From a virus, in IMG/VR virus record IMGVR_UViG_3300037859_000002, positions 1 to 64,000 of that record: a stretch of DNA of 64,000 nt, one strand, 5' to 3'. Shown here in pieces: positions 8,658 through 20,137 of this stretch. The notes below the pieces were generated by a model. It had not been told where the DNA came from, made no database searches, and saw nothing but the letters and a program-made list of their open reading frames with translations. Within the stretch, counting starts at the first letter, position 1. Every line of letters begins with the position of its first letter. A program made the position numbers and the translations under genes.

Positions 8658-9266
8658 TCACGCGGCATAGCTTCCCGACCAGGGCTGCACCGGAACGGCG
8701 TAGCCCACCCGCGTCGGATGGCGCGGTAGGCCCTCCTGGGTGGTGCCCAGGCACTGCAAAGGGTGGCCCCGCCCCCGGAGCAGCAACTCGACCTCGAGGG
8801 CCCTGTGGCGCAGCCTGTGGTCGCTCCCAGGGGCAAATACGATCGGCCCGCCCCCCGATCGATCAACGGCGCACAGGATCGCCTGGTTGCCGACCAGGCC
8901 GCCGCCGCGACGCTCCTCGGGCAGCTCGAACATCGGGGTCGGCAGCGTCGAGATGAAGCCGTAGAGGTTGACCATCTCGAGGCCACCCAGGCCGAGCGCC
9001 GCGGCGCGCCGGGCACAGCGGGTGACCGTCGGGTCGGCTCGCCGGCAACTGGCGGTGCTCGGGTTCATTCCGATCACCACCAGGAACGGTGGCGGCCCCC
9101 AGGCGTAGGAGAGCCGCCACCGGTAGGTATAGTCGTCCGAGAACTCGTCGACCGAGAAGGCGCCCCGGCCGTCGGCAAGCAGGCTCCGCACATGGCCATC
9201 GCCGCGGAGTCCCACGGTGTCGCCCAGCCCGATGAACGACTGGCGCATCAGGCCGTCAGGGTTCAC
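8658..9266 (-). CDS. DUF1643 family protein
   Basis: YRWRL..W..IGMNPSTA..DPTV.RC..VNLY..PRHP. Confidence 0.85.
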   Translation of the reverse strand: MNPDGLMRQSFIGLGDTVGLRGDGHVRSLLADGRGAFSVDEFSDDYTYRWRLSYAWGPPPFLVVIGMNPSTASCRRADPTVTRCARRAAALGLGGLEMVNLYGFISTLPTPMFELPEERRGGGLVGNQAILCAVDRSGGGPIVFAPGSDHRLRHRALEVELLLRGRGHPLQCLGTTQEGLPRHPTRVGYAVPVQPWSGSYAA

Positions 9267-9478
9267 TGGGCGCTTCCTGAATCAGGTCTGCGATCTTCGA
9301 CCATGCGGCAGTCCTGAGCGGCGACCAGTAAGTCGTACAACGGCAATTGCTGTCGAAATAGGGCATCTCTCCGATGACGCGGTATCCGATTGTCGTGTTG
9401 CAGAGGCTGCATTGCCTGAGCGGCCACCAGGCCTTGCCCGTGGCCAGCACGCGGGTCCGGGCCTCCTCCTCCTCTGGA

Positions 9479-10093
9479 TCAGCCATTGGACTGCGCCAGG
9501 TCCTGCTTCTGCGCGTCGGTGAAGCCCATGGGAGCGCCCGTCGTCGCGTAGACGGCCCGCGATGCAGCGACGTTCGTGGTCGCGACGAACAGGTTCTGCC
9601 TGGCCACGGACGCGGTGGCGAACGACGAGTTGCCGTAGCCGGCCGCCTGCTTCGCGTTGTCGAAGTTCGCGCCCAGGAAGATCACCTGCCAGCCCTTGGC
9701 CCGGCACCGATCGAGCGCCGCCTTCGCCTGGTCGACCGAGAGCTCCTTGCTCGCGTTCTCATGGCCGTCGGTCATGATGATGATCGCGACCTTGTCGTAG
9801 GGGTGGGCCTCGGCGAGCGCGACGATCTTGCCGACCGCATCGTTGAGCGGCGTCGATCCCCGCGGGTTCGCGTCGGCATCGCTGACCGGCCGCCAGGTCG
9901 AGGGCGTGATCCGATCGCGCAGGATGTCGAACGACATGGTGGTGTCGGCGAGGTCGAAGCACGCGAGCGTGACCCCGGTGTCGACCCCGCTCTCGGCCAG
10001 TTTCTGGACGTAGCCGTTGATCGAGCCGAGCGCCTCGGTCCAGAGCGTCTGCATCGAGCCGGAACGGTCGAGCAGGATGAAGTCATGTTGCAT
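9479..10093 (-). CDS. vWA domain protein
   Basis: LLDRSGSM, PRGSTPLNDA, MTDGHENAS, IFLGAN. Confidence 0.88.
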   Translation of the reverse strand: MQHDFILLDRSGSMQTLWTEALGSINGYVQKLAESGVDTGVTLACFDLADTTMSFDILRDRITPSTWRPVSDADANPRGSTPLNDAVGKIVALAEAHPYDKVAIIIMTDGHENASKELSVDQAKAALDRCRAKGWQVIFLGANFDNAKQAAGYGNSSFATASVARQNLFVATTNVAASRAVYATTGAPMGFTDAQKQDLAQSNG

Positions 10094-10874
10094 CACGTAC
10101 ACTCCTCGGGTTGAAGATTCACGGGGTCTTGGTCGCCGCCTCTCGCACCATCGCGACCGCATCGTCGATCACGCACTGCGGGACGCCGCCGAGAGCCAGG
10201 CCAAAACTCAGAAAAAAATGGGTCAGCAGGCCGCGCACTTCCGCCGCCTGTACGGGCGACAGGTCGGCGGGCAGGTTTTTTATGTCGCCAAGCGGCTTGT
10301 CTTTGAGATAAAGAAGAAGTTGTTGGTTGCTTACCATGCGCAGCGCCTCCGGTTCTGGTGATTGGGCGTGTCGTTGTGCTCGCGGCCGCCGGCGCTCTTG
10401 CCGATGCGCTGCCACAAATTCATTGTGGGCCGGCCCTTAGTCATCGGCTTCGCCCCAGGTCTCGCACCAGTCGGCCACGATGACGAAGGGCCAGCAGCAT
10501 ACCAGCAGGGCCACGGCCGCGACCGCGATAGGGAACCCCAGCGCCCTGGCGACCACGAACAGCGGAATGCGCCAGGCAAACGACCAGGTCCAGCGCATCG
10601 GCCACATCCACCAGAAACTGCGCGGGACCACGCGCGCGAAGGTCATGAACCCCAACAGGTGCCAGGGCTCAGCCACCGGCGCGCTCGCTCTTCTTCTCGG
10701 CGTCACGGGCGCGCATATAGGCTAAGCAGGCCAGCGCCAGCGCGACCTCGCCCTGGAGCGGAAGCTCGCCCTTCATGAGCCAGAGGATGCAGGTGGCGAA
10801 CAAAATGGCGCAGACGAGTGATGCGACGTTGCCGGCAAGCTTTCGGACGCCACGCCAGAAAGGACAGTGGGCGT

Positions 10875-11141
10875 TCATCGGTGTTCTTTTCCTTCCTGCC
10901 GGCGCTGTCTCCAGGCATCGTGCAGCTGGTTCATCCCGCGACCGCGGAGGCCCGACAGCCGGTCGGCGTGATTTTCCAGCACCCTCAGGTCGTAGAGCAC
11001 CCTGGCGCCGACCTTGATGGTCGGCAGCGCCCGGAACTCGCGTCTGAAGAGTCCGGCGCTCAGCCCGAAGAACGCGGCCGCCTGGGCGGTCGAGAGCAGC
11101 CGCGGCGACAGGCCGTCCGGCAGGGCGTCGGCCTTCTTCAT
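10875..11141 (-). CDS. Excisionase/AlpA-like HTH protein
   Basis: PRLLSTAQAAAFFGLS..IKVGARVLYD. Confidence 0.7.
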   Translation of the reverse strand: MKKADALPDGLSPRLLSTAQAAAFFGLSAGLFRREFRALPTIKVGARVLYDLRVLENHADRLSGLRGRGMNQLHDAWRQRRQEGKEHR

Positions 11142-11541
11142 TTGGCGAAGATCCGGGCGCGCACTTCCTCCTCAAGAACATCCAGCAGGTCGCGCTCGTT
11201 CTGCGACCACTCGAGGGCCTTGCGCGCGCGCCACCAGGGCGCGCAGCTGTGCATGCTCGCCAGGTGCGGGGGCAGACCGAGCATACGCGCCTGATCGGCC
11301 CGCATGGCGTGCTGCCCCCTGCGGACCCTCATCAGGCTGGCCCACAGCTTGATCTTGTCGGGGTCGTAATTCTGGCCCTTTTCGGCATGGGCTCTCGGTC
11401 CCTCGACGGGCATCTTGCCGATACCTTCGACGATAGGCTGCCACACCGAAACAGTGGGCAGCCGCGCGGTTGCGCGGGGCGCGACCGTGCCGATCGCGAC
11501 CAGGCCGGCCACGCGCTTGAACAGGCTGCGGCGCGCAGAGC

Positions 11542-12300
11542 TCATGCGGCTTCCTTGGTGAAGGTGATGACCACGACCCAGGGGTTGGCGTCCCAGGAGC
11601 CGTGGCCGTGGATTTTGTCCCACAGCAGTTCAAATGACTGCCGGGCCGTGCGCGCGCGGGCCAGTTCTTCGCCAGTGATCGGATCGCAGTCGAAGCTGAA
11701 ACTTTCGGGGCGCGGCAGGGTGGTCCCACCCGTTGATGCGGTGATGTGCCTGCGCCGTATTGCCCCCTCGGCGATGGCGTCCTCCTCGGTGATGTCGTGC
11801 AGGCGCTCGACGCGCACGCTGGTGACGGTCAGCGTCAGGCGGCTGGCCCGGCGCGGCATGTAGATGGGCGACCACCACTTCGACACCAGGCCATCTGCCA
11901 GCGCATCATCGGCGCGGTAGACGACGGATCCATCCGAGGCATGATCGACGTCGCGAATTTCCCAGACGCCGGTGCCCGTGTGGGACCATGTCTCGCGCAC
12001 CCACAGGCGGTCGCCGATTGCATGGCGCGCGTCATACACGGCGGGGAATCCAGCGTTGCGAGCAACGCCAACCGAGCCGCACAGGTCCCAATGTGTTGGG
12101 TGCTTCGGCAGTCGCTCGTAATCGTTCTGGCTATACATCTTCACGCCCGCCGCCACGGCGGGGCACAGGCTGAACTGGGCACCAAAGAATTTCTCGCGCG
12201 TCGGCGGCTGCGGCTTCAACACCCGCCGCGTCTGCGTCTTGGTGCCGGCCAGCAGCGCGCGCACCATCGGGGCGCTGAAAATGATGGGGCGGTCGGTCAT
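11542..12300 (-). CDS. ASCH-like phage protein
   Basis: RPIIFSAPMVRALLAGTKTQTRR, GDRLWVRE, VERLHDITEEDAIAEG, NPWV. Confidence 0.85.
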   Translation of the reverse strand: MTDRPIIFSAPMVRALLAGTKTQTRRVLKPQPPTREKFFGAQFSLCPAVAAGVKMYSQNDYERLPKHPTHWDLCGSVGVARNAGFPAVYDARHAIGDRLWVRETWSHTGTGVWEIRDVDHASDGSVVYRADDALADGLVSKWWSPIYMPRRASRLTLTVTSVRVERLHDITEEDAIAEGAIRRRHITASTGGTTLPRPESFSFDCDPITGEELARARTARQSFELLWDKIHGHGSWDANPWVVVITFTKEAA

Positions 12301-13094
12301 CGCCTGATCGCGTTCCGGTAGACCTCGCGGCCGTCGATCTCGACGACCAGCAGCGCCTCGACATTGCCGGCCGGCAGGTCGTCGGGGCCCGGCTCATCAT
12401 TCATCGTGCTGCGATAGGACAGGTCGAAGAAGTCGCTCGCTGCGGTCATCACCCCCTCGGTGCTCGCCCCTGGATGATGCGTACCGAACCAGGCAAAGTA
12501 TTTGGTCCCGCAGGCTGCGCATTGGGCATCCTTGCCCGTGATCGGGGGCGCTCCTGATGACACGCGCATGGGCGCGGCGCTGACCACTCGCACGGGGCCC
12601 GTGCAGATGGCGCAGTCGGTGCGGCACAGGTTGCGGCTCATGCGACGGCGTCCGGAAAATCCTCGCCGCATAGGCTCTCGCCCGCGCGCAACGACAGCGC
12701 GGCCCCCGCCCGGGTGAGCACGAACAGGTCATCGCCCCCGGTTAGCGGTCTGCCGTCGTAGCGACGGGCAAACCCGGCCTCGACCATGTCCATCCACAGG
12801 ACGTGATCGTCGCAGCCGGGGCCGACGACGTAGCGGTTGCGATAGCTGCGCTTGCGCTTGTTGGGCAGGCCCAGTGCGTGGCGGGTCAGCGCCAGCTCGT
12901 CGAGGGTCAGGGCCAGGCGGGTCATGGGTGCCACATCACGCAGGCCGCGGTGCGACCGGTTTCGGTCTCTCGGATCCGGCGGGCCTCGGCGATGCAGGCG
13001 CCCCGATCTTTCTGGGGCAGCGCCTGGCGCGTCGCGGGATCACACTCCAGGGCCGGCCCCAGCAGCGTGCAGACCCAGACCACCACCACCCAGG

Positions 13095-13841
13095 TCATGC
13101 CGGCATCGCCTCACCGCGCGCGGCGGCAAAGCGGTGAACCGCCTCGGTGGCGCTGCCAACGTCCAGCGGCTCGGCCTGCCGCCCAATGCGCAGCATGCCA
13201 TCAAGGCCGGCGATCACCGCGTCGTAGACAGGCAAGGTGCCGCGTGCGTATGCGTGTACGGGCAAAGTGGCGTCGCCGACGAAAACGGCGGCTTCGGCGG
13301 CGGCTTTCGCAGCGTCGGCGGGGGCGCGGGCAAAGGCGGCGCGGGCGGCGGCGCGAGCAGCGGCAGTCCACTTCGCGGCGCCGTCGTGGAGAACGAACGG
13401 GCCGTAGGCACGGGTGTAGGAGGCGGCGGCGCGGTCAGCGGTGCCGGCGGCGGTACGGCAATCCGCCATGCTTGCGTCCGGCGGCAGCGCGCGCAGGCTG
13501 GTGGCCACGCGCGGCAGCCGCTCATCGAACGCCAGCGGCAGCAGCGCGCGCACGGTGTGACGCACCAGGAATTCAATGCGCGGGCGCACTGCATCCGGAT
13601 CGACCGTGCCCACAAGGCGCGGGATGAAAATCTTGAGCCGCTGCCGCTGGAGGTGTGGCAGGAAATCGTTCGCGAGCCGCGCGTAGGGCGCAATCGCGTC
13701 CGGACACACGCACGGCGGATGATCGCCCAGCGTGCCGTATTCAAGCCATGACACGGCATCCAGCAGGCACGCGCCGTGGCGCGGATCGGCGCTGCTGCCC
13801 CCCCGCAGTTCAAAGCGCCAGAGGTTGGCGATGTCGGTCAT
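13095..13841 (-). CDS. Hypothetical phage protein
   Basis: GACLLDAVSW..DHPPCV pattern; coupled ORF. Confidence 0.6.
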   Translation of the reverse strand: MTDIANLWRFELRGGSSADPRHGACLLDAVSWLEYGTLGDHPPCVCPDAIAPYARLANDFLPHLQRQRLKIFIPRLVGTVDPDAVRPRIEFLVRHTVRALLPLAFDERLPRVATSLRALPPDASMADCRTAAGTADRAAASYTRAYGPFVLHDGAAKWTAAARAAARAAFARAPADAAKAAAEAAVFVGDATLPVHAYARGTLPVYDAVIAGLDGMLRIGRQAEPLDVGSATEAVHRFAAARGEAMPA

Positions 13842-14499
13842 GCGGCCGCGACTTTGGAGGGCTCTGCAGAGGGCGCGGCCATGACCCGCATTTCGGTCCT
13901 GGGCGCGCCCGCCGCGATGCACGCCAGGTCAAGGCACTGGCCCCGGCCGCTGCACAGGACGCGGTCGCCCTGCCGGAGGATGTGCGCCAGCGCGTCCCAG
14001 AAATTCGGAACGAGCACGTCCTCGCCCGGCGTTGTGGCGTAGTGCCAAAGGGTGAACCCCTGTGCGTAGGACAGGGCTGCAAGTCGGTTGTGATTGGCGC
14101 TCATGGCCGGATCAGTCCGGGCGGCATCCGCAGCGCCCCGGTCGGGGTGTTCTCGACCTCGCGGCGCGCGCGCGCGACCCACTGGTCGAAGACGTTCAGC
14201 ACCTTGCTCTTGGCCTCGCCGTTCCGCACCAAGGTGCTGGCGGAAAACTGCAGCGTGAGGACCGCCGCGATGATCTGCGTCTGAATGCCCGCGCCCGGGG
14301 GCGTCAGGTGCAGCCACTGCTGGCACAGCATGTCGGCCGCCACCTGCAGGGCCAGGGCGTTGACGCTCGCCAGCGTCGGCTCGGGATCGGTCGCGGACTG
14401 GCCATTGATCGTGGGTTCGTCGTTCACGGAAGGGTTCTCACACTGTGGGCGCGCATATCACATCAAAATGTATCTGATGGCAAGTGGCTTCGTATCGGC

Positions 14500-15123
14500 T
14501 CAAAGCGCGTCGCGGGCGCGCGCGTCGATCCACCCGAGGCGGGTTTCCTGCGCCGGCCACGGCTCGCCCGGACCGCGGCGCCACACCAGCCAGCAATACT
14601 CGAAGACCCCCGAGATGCCCTTGGTGTTGGTCGTGCCCATCATGAAGGCGGGCCGGGCCGAAAAGACCCATGCCCGGTGGGGCGGGTGCTCCTTGTAGAT
14701 GGTGCGCCTTCGTTCCAGGCCGGCCAGGAAACTGAGTTTCACCAGCATGGCCACGGCTTCGATGCCGGGGAGCGCGAGCGCGTGCCTGACGAACAGCGTG
14801 GCGATCCCGAAGGGCGGATTGGTCATGATCGTGCGGCATACGACGCCGTCCACGCTCGGGACCGTATAGGCCAGGGTGAAATCCAGGCGCGGCTCGCCGT
14901 AGCCGTAATCGTTGAGATCCGTGCCTGCGACCACATAGCCATGTGATTCGAGGACGCGGGCCATCGTGCCCTCGCCGCAGGCGGGCTCCCACACCGGGCC
15001 GGGCAGCTTTTCGCGCGCCAGCAGGGCCTCGGTGATCCACGGGCTGGTCGGGTAGAACTGGGCGCTCTTGTCCTGCTCGGCCTTCTCGAGCCGCCGCCGC
15101 GCGATCGCGCTACGGGCTTCCAT
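14500..15123 (-). CDS. DNA amino-methyltransferase (NPPF)
   Basis: FYPT, WEPACGEG, TNPPF, YCWLVW. Confidence 0.85.
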   Translation of the reverse strand: MEARSAIARRRLEKAEQDKSAQFYPTSPWITEALLAREKLPGPVWEPACGEGTMARVLESHGYVVAGTDLNDYGYGEPRLDFTLAYTVPSVDGVVCRTIMTNPPFGIATLFVRHALALPGIEAVAMLVKLSFLAGLERRRTIYKEHPPHRAWVFSARPAFMMGTTNTKGISGVFEYCWLVWRRGPGEPWPAQETRLGWIDARARDAL

Positions 15124-15233
15124 CAGGAACCTCCTGCAGTTTGTGCACAGGCGCCTTGCATCCAGTGCGCCGAGATACAATTATCTTTGCATAGAGAGCG
15201 GCGATGGCGCCGCTCCACGAGGAGGAGGTCACC

Positions 15234-15578
15234 ATGACCAACACCACCTACACCATGATCGACACCAGCTCCGGCAAAATCCGCACCACCGGCCTGTCGC
15301 TGGAAGCGGCGGCACGCCGCCTGGTGACCAACGACGGTTCGGACTACGAGGTGCGCGCCGCCGATGGCAGCCGTGGTTGGGAACTGTGGCTGTATAACCC
15401 CCGCCGCGGCTGGCGGGTCAGCGTCATCTTCTCGACCGTGCGCGACGAAGCCGCGGCCACCGCGGATATCTACGCGCAGATAGTCAGTAGCGAGGCCTTC
15501 GTCGGTGGCGAAGAGGCCATGACCGACGAGGACGCTGCGGCCATGCAGGCCGAGAGCGACCGCGACGCGGCCGCCTGA
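15234..15578 (+). CDS. Hypothetical protein (counter-oriented moron gene 1)
   Basis: Strong RBS GAGGAGGAGG; opposite strand to flanks. Confidence 0.65.
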   Translation: MTNTTYTMIDTSSGKIRTTGLSLEAAARRLVTNDGSDYEVRAADGSRGWELWLYNPRRGWRVSVIFSTVRDEAAATADIYAQIVSSEAFVGGEEAMTDEDAAAMQAESDRDAAA

Positions 15579-15579
15579 C

Positions 15580-15948
15580 ATGACCGCCACCGACCTGGCC
15601 GTGCTCGGCCAGTTGCTGTTTGGGCCAGCGTGGGTAACCGCGCTGGCCCAAGCCATTTCTGTGCGCACCGAATTCATGAGCCGGGTGAAATGCGGCCACG
15701 AGCCAGTGCCGGCCGACTGGGAATCCCGGATCCTGCGCGTCGCGCTCGAGCGGCTCGACCAAGTGGCCGACGCTGCCGCCGGCATCCTGGCCGACCGCGC
15801 CCTGTCGGTCGCCCGCGAGCTGCTGGCCGGGCGGGGCGGCAAGCCCGACACGATCGCGCTCAGCAGCAGTGAGGGCATCCCCATGCTGGTGGTGGAGCGT
15901 GTCGCCGAGCGGCTGCGCGCAGCCGGCTGGCCGGCCGAGGTGACCTGA
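15580..15948 (+). CDS. Putative HTH protein (moron gene 2)
   Basis: LFGPAW..ALA.AI.V....MSR...G..PVP HTH-like pattern. Confidence 0.55.
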   Translation: MTATDLAVLGQLLFGPAWVTALAQAISVRTEFMSRVKCGHEPVPADWESRILRVALERLDQVADAAAGILADRALSVARELLAGRGGKPDTIALSSSEGIPMLVVERVAERLRAAGWPAEVT

Positions 15949-15958
15949 TCCGCCATCT

Positions 15959-17569
15959 TCATCCCAGCAACTCCGAAACCAGGGTGACGCGGCGCCTGAC
16001 CACCTCGACCAGGCCGTTCACGCGCAGCCGGCTCAGGTAGTTCGTGTAGGTGCCGCTGGTGGCGACCATGCCCACGCGCTCGGCCAGGTTCGCGCGATCC
16101 ATGCCGTCGGAACCGGCCGCGGCCAGTGCGTCGATCATTCGGGCCGGCCCCCCTCTCAGCAACTTGGTCGTCTTCCAGGTCTCGCGCAGCGCCGCGGCGC
16201 TCGCGGGCGCCCCCGGCATGACCGCGACGCCGGGCGCGACGCTGAAGCCCGCCTCGGTCTCCACAATGGCGCCCTGTCCGCGCAGCCGGCTCAGGTAGTT
16301 GCTGAAGGTCCCGGAGCTGGCGGACATGCCGGCCATGGTCGCCCACTGGCGACGGGTCAGCGGCCGGCCCGCGGCGGCCAGCACGCTCAGGATCCGCCGC
16401 TCCGCCCCCTTGGGTGTGCCCCCGCCGCCCGAAGCCGGCGGGGGCATCGCACGCGGTTCGCCAACCACCCCTTGGGATGTGACCTCGGGCCGCGCCGGGC
16501 CCTGGACCCGGAATTTCGCCAGGTCCAGGGCCTTTTCCATGGCGTGCAGATGCTGCTGGGAGCCCATGACCGCGGCGCGCATCTGCTGCCAAAATCCGTG
16601 GAAATTGTTGCAGCCCTGGGTGAAGCCCTCGGTCAGGCCCCGCTGATAGGCTGCGTCAACATCGGCCTTGGTGAGGCCGCCCACACCGGGTTGGCCCGGC
16701 GTCTCATCGGCGCGCCCTGGCACGCCCATCGCCGCGACCAGGGCGCCCACGTCGATCGCGGCGCCCGCGCCCGGCACCACTGGCTCGGGATCACCGTGCT
16801 CGGGGGTCCGCGAACTGTCGAAGGTCGTGATCGCCTGGAACGCCTCCTCGCGGAGCACGCCGCCCGCGGGCCACCAGACCCAGCCGGAGCCGACGGCCAA
16901 CTTGGGCAGCGCCGCCAGCAGGGCCCGGCCCGCCTCGCGGTCGGCCTGGCCCTCGATCCAGGCGCCGATCGCGTTGCGGTCCTGGGGCGCGGTAAGCTTC
17001 ATGGCCACCAGCGTCTGCGCCTGGCTCAGCACGTCCTTGTGCAGCACCGCCGGCCGCTGGGTGATCAGCATGCACCGGAAGCCCCGGGCACGACCTCGCC
17101 GCACGATCTGGTCGAGCCGGTGAAGCATGACCGTCTGGTCGGGCAGGGGGCGCTGGGGCGCCACGTCGTCGGCCTCGTCGACGACCAGGTGCAGGGGCTT
17201 CCGGCTCTTGTGGTAAAGCCTTTCGAGCAGTCCGGTCACCAGGCGACGGCGCGCGCCCATGGTCATCTCACCGACGTCGATGACGGCCGAGATCCCGCGC
17301 TCGATCAGCAGGTCGGCCAGGCGCGGGCCGGCCTCGTCGTCGATGGCGACGTCGGCGCGCTCACCGCCGAAGACCGCGACCGGGAAGCCCGCGCCCTTGC
17401 CGTCGGCGGCGACCCGAAGGCCCCACCAGACCGAGGTCGGGTCGATCACGATGACCTGGCGACCAAGGCCCAGCAGGTGTTCGACGGCGCCCTTGGCCGC
17501 GAAGGTCTTGCCCGACCCGCTGACCCCGCAGATGGCGACGTGCTGGTCCAGGGCCTCGACCGGGATCAT
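15959..17569 (-). CDS. HerA/DUF87-like ATPase with C-terminal winged-helix repeats
   Basis: GVSGSGKT, VIDP, VVDEAD, ITQRPA; two SGT(F/Y).NYLSRLR wHTH repeats. Confidence 0.85.
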   Translation of the reverse strand: MIPVEALDQHVAICGVSGSGKTFAAKGAVEHLLGLGRQVIVIDPTSVWWGLRVAADGKGAGFPVAVFGGERADVAIDDEAGPRLADLLIERGISAVIDVGEMTMGARRRLVTGLLERLYHKSRKPLHLVVDEADDVAPQRPLPDQTVMLHRLDQIVRRGRARGFRCMLITQRPAVLHKDVLSQAQTLVAMKLTAPQDRNAIGAWIEGQADREAGRALLAALPKLAVGSGWVWWPAGGVLREEAFQAITTFDSSRTPEHGDPEPVVPGAGAAIDVGALVAAMGVPGRADETPGQPGVGGLTKADVDAAYQRGLTEGFTQGCNNFHGFWQQMRAAVMGSQQHLHAMEKALDLAKFRVQGPARPEVTSQGVVGEPRAMPPPASGGGGTPKGAERRILSVLAAAGRPLTRRQWATMAGMSASSGTFSNYLSRLRGQGAIVETEAGFSVAPGVAVMPGAPASAAALRETWKTTKLLRGGPARMIDALAAAGSDGMDRANLAERVGMVATSGTYTNYLSRLRVNGLVEVVRRRVTLVSELLG

Positions 17570-17765
17570 GGCTTCACCCTGCCCACGCTGACCTTCTTCG
17601 CGCCACAGCGTGGGCAGAGCTTGCCGTGGGCCTTCATGACCCGGCAGGCCAGCAGCGCTTCCATCGGCAGCCAGACGCCCGGCCACTCATGCTGACAGGC
17701 CCTGCAGTGCACCCATGAAGGTTCGCGATCTTTCGGCTCGACATCGAAGGGGTCGGTTTTCACGG

Positions 17766-18461
17766 TCAGACCCCCTGCAGCTTCGTCAGCTGGATGCGCA
17801 CGTTGGCCACCTGGGCTTCGAGGGTTTCCTTCTGATCGCGCAGGCGCTGTACCTCGCTGTAGAGCGCCTGCCACTCGGTTTCGGCCCTGGCTGTCCACTC
17901 CTCGTAGTGTGGCAATTTGAGTGCGATCTGGGAGACCCGATGGGCGAAGGCCAGGCGCGACTGCCAGGCGATCTTGTGGGCCGCCACCGCACGCGGGCGC
18001 CAGGTGTTCATGCCCCGATCCAGCGCCTCGTCCGAGACGCTCATGGCCAGGCGCATCCACAGGTAGGGCGTCATCTCGGGCGCCCGCTGCCACCGGGGCG
18101 CGCGCTCCCAGCGCCAACCCCCGGTGTGGCGCACGATGGCCGCGCACTCCTTGGGAATCTCGGTGAGCTTGGCCAGGCCCATCGGATAGGCGAAGGCCAC
18201 GGCACCGTGCTGCAGGTACTTGCGCCACTTGCCCGAGCGCAGCTCTCCCGTGAGGTCGGCCCGGCTGGTCTTGACCTCGAAAAGCAGGGCCGTGCGCGCA
18301 CTGAACTTGCGGGGCAGGGCCATGAGGTCGGCGCGGGCGTGGCCGCGGTCGTCGAGCCAGACCTCGTTGCAGACGAGCCAGCGGTCGGCGCGCAGCCGTT
18401 CGTTGAGGTCGGAGATGATGCGGTCGGTGCCCCAGGAGAGGGGTTCTTCAGGTTTCGGCAC
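17766..18461 (-). CDS. MmcB-like PD-(D/E)xK nuclease
   Basis: RADLMA..FEVKTSRADL..KWRKY. Confidence 0.75.
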   Translation of the reverse strand: MPKPEEPLSWGTDRIISDLNERLRADRWLVCNEVWLDDRGHARADLMALPRKFSARTALLFEVKTSRADLTGELRSGKWRKYLQHGAVAFAYPMGLAKLTEIPKECAAIVRHTGGWRWERAPRWQRAPEMTPYLWMRLAMSVSDEALDRGMNTWRPRAVAAHKIAWQSRLAFAHRVSQIALKLPHYEEWTARAETEWQALYSEVQRLRDQKETLEAQVANVRIQLTKLQGV

Positions 18462-19135
18462 GGGCGCGTATCTCCTGAAGGATCTGGTGATAGACGGCCG
18501 GGTGACAGAACATCCTGCCGTCTGCGGTCACCAGGACGTCGCGGCGTGGCCGGTCCACGAAGTGCTGGGGGTGGCCCAGGCGGGCGCGCCGCTTGGCCCT
18601 GGCGGGGGAGCGCGAGTGCTGCGCGCGCTCGACCATGAAGTCGCTCGTGTAGATCGGCACGCCGGTGAACCCCCGGCCCTGGATAATGTCGCCGATCATG
18701 CAGGCACCAGGATGCGGAGTTGGTGCAGCCTGTAATCAACCTGGTGCCGGGCGATCCTGGCGTGCTCATCCGCATCATCGGCCCTCTTGCGATAGATGCG
18801 GGCCTGGCGGGCCTTCCGCGCCTCGTAGCTGGTCAGGGCCTCCTGGAGCGTGGCGCGCGCGAAGGCCCTGCCGACCTCGAAGAGTACGAACCGCTGGGGC
18901 GGTGTGATGGGCCTGTGGTTGATCTCCTCAAAATCGTTGAGAGCGGCATGGGCGCGCCGGATCTTGTAGGTGCCATCGCTGTCGACGAGCCAGACCCCCT
19001 TGGGCGTGACCTTGGCGACCCGAAAGGTGTGGATCTTCACGTCCAACACCGCGCCCGTGGGGTCGCCGCACTCGTCGGCCGGGCCGGCGTAGCGCGCGTC
19101 GTCGATGCGATACCAGACGTCACCCACCGCGGCGT

Positions 19136-20137
19136 TCACCGCTGCGGGTCCTTGGGCACAAGCGCGTCATTGGGGATCAGGCTGCGGTAATCGTCTTCCT
19201 TCTTCGGTTTGTAGAAACCGGTGCCCACGATCTCCTCGTGCACCTGGCGCATCTCGGAGAGCATGCACTTGACCCGCTGGGCATGGGATGGGCCGTGGGG
19301 GTCAAAGAGCATGCTGTCAGGCGATGCGTCGTAGTAGCCGGGGTGGCCAAGCGCGTGGTCCATGCGTATGGCCATGCTCATCAGCAGGCCCAGCGTGGGC
19401 TCCACCGGCACTGTAACCGTCGCCGGTGCCTCGGGCAGGGGTCCGTGTCGGGGCTTCGCCGCCTGCTTGGCCCTGATCTTCTCGATCTTGTCCCAGCAGC
19501 GCTTCAGCTCGATGTCGCCGTAGACCTCCATGTTGAGGCGGACGGCTTCACAGAGCGCGGCGAGCGTGACCATGACGCCGCCGATCTCCTGACCCACCTC
19601 TCCAGCGGGCCGGTCATACACGTAGTCGACCAGCTGCAGCGCCTCCCCGCGCGTGGTGCCATTGGCCTGGACCAGCTCGAGGGCCTCCTCGAGGAAGCGG
19701 TGATTGCGCTCGGTCACGTCGGCCGCGATGACGGCGCCGAAGCATTCCTCCATCCAGGCGGCCACCGCATTCTGGAAAGAGGAATGAAGCTGTGGCAGTT
19801 GCAGAGCTTCTGCGAACCCGCTCGCATGAGCGGCTGCGATCGCTGCCTCGCCTTCGGCTTGCTTGACCTCATCGGCAAAACCTCTGACCGCGTCCTGAGC
19901 ATCTCTCAGTGCGCGCATCCGGGTTATCATCCCCTCGACGGTTGCCATGGCTTCATCACGTTCCTCGGCCATGGCGCGAAGAACCGCGGTCGTGCGACGC
20001 GCGATCGCCAAGTTGACGAGCTCCGTCAAGGTGCCCCCACGGCGCTTAATCTCATCGGCGAAGTCGGCATCGATCCGCTCGCGCTCTTCGAGCAGCGTGG
20101 CCACGGCCTCGGGGCTGATGTCGATCTTGTCGGTCAC
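19136..20137 (-). CDS. Phage protein with MazG-like nucleotide pyrophosphohydrolase domain
   Basis: RFLEEALELVQ..QEIGGVMVTLAALC. Confidence 0.6.
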   Translation of the reverse strand: MTDKIDISPEAVATLLEERERIDADFADEIKRRGGTLTELVNLAIARRTTAVLRAMAEERDEAMATVEGMITRMRALRDAQDAVRGFADEVKQAEGEAAIAAAHASGFAEALQLPQLHSSFQNAVAAWMEECFGAVIAADVTERNHRFLEEALELVQANGTTRGEALQLVDYVYDRPAGEVGQEIGGVMVTLAALCEAVRLNMEVYGDIELKRCWDKIEKIRAKQAAKPRHGPLPEAPATVTVPVEPTLGLLMSMAIRMDHALGHPGYYDASPDSMLFDPHGPSHAQRVKCMLSEMRQVHEEIVGTGFYKPKKEDDYRSLIPNDALVPKDPQR

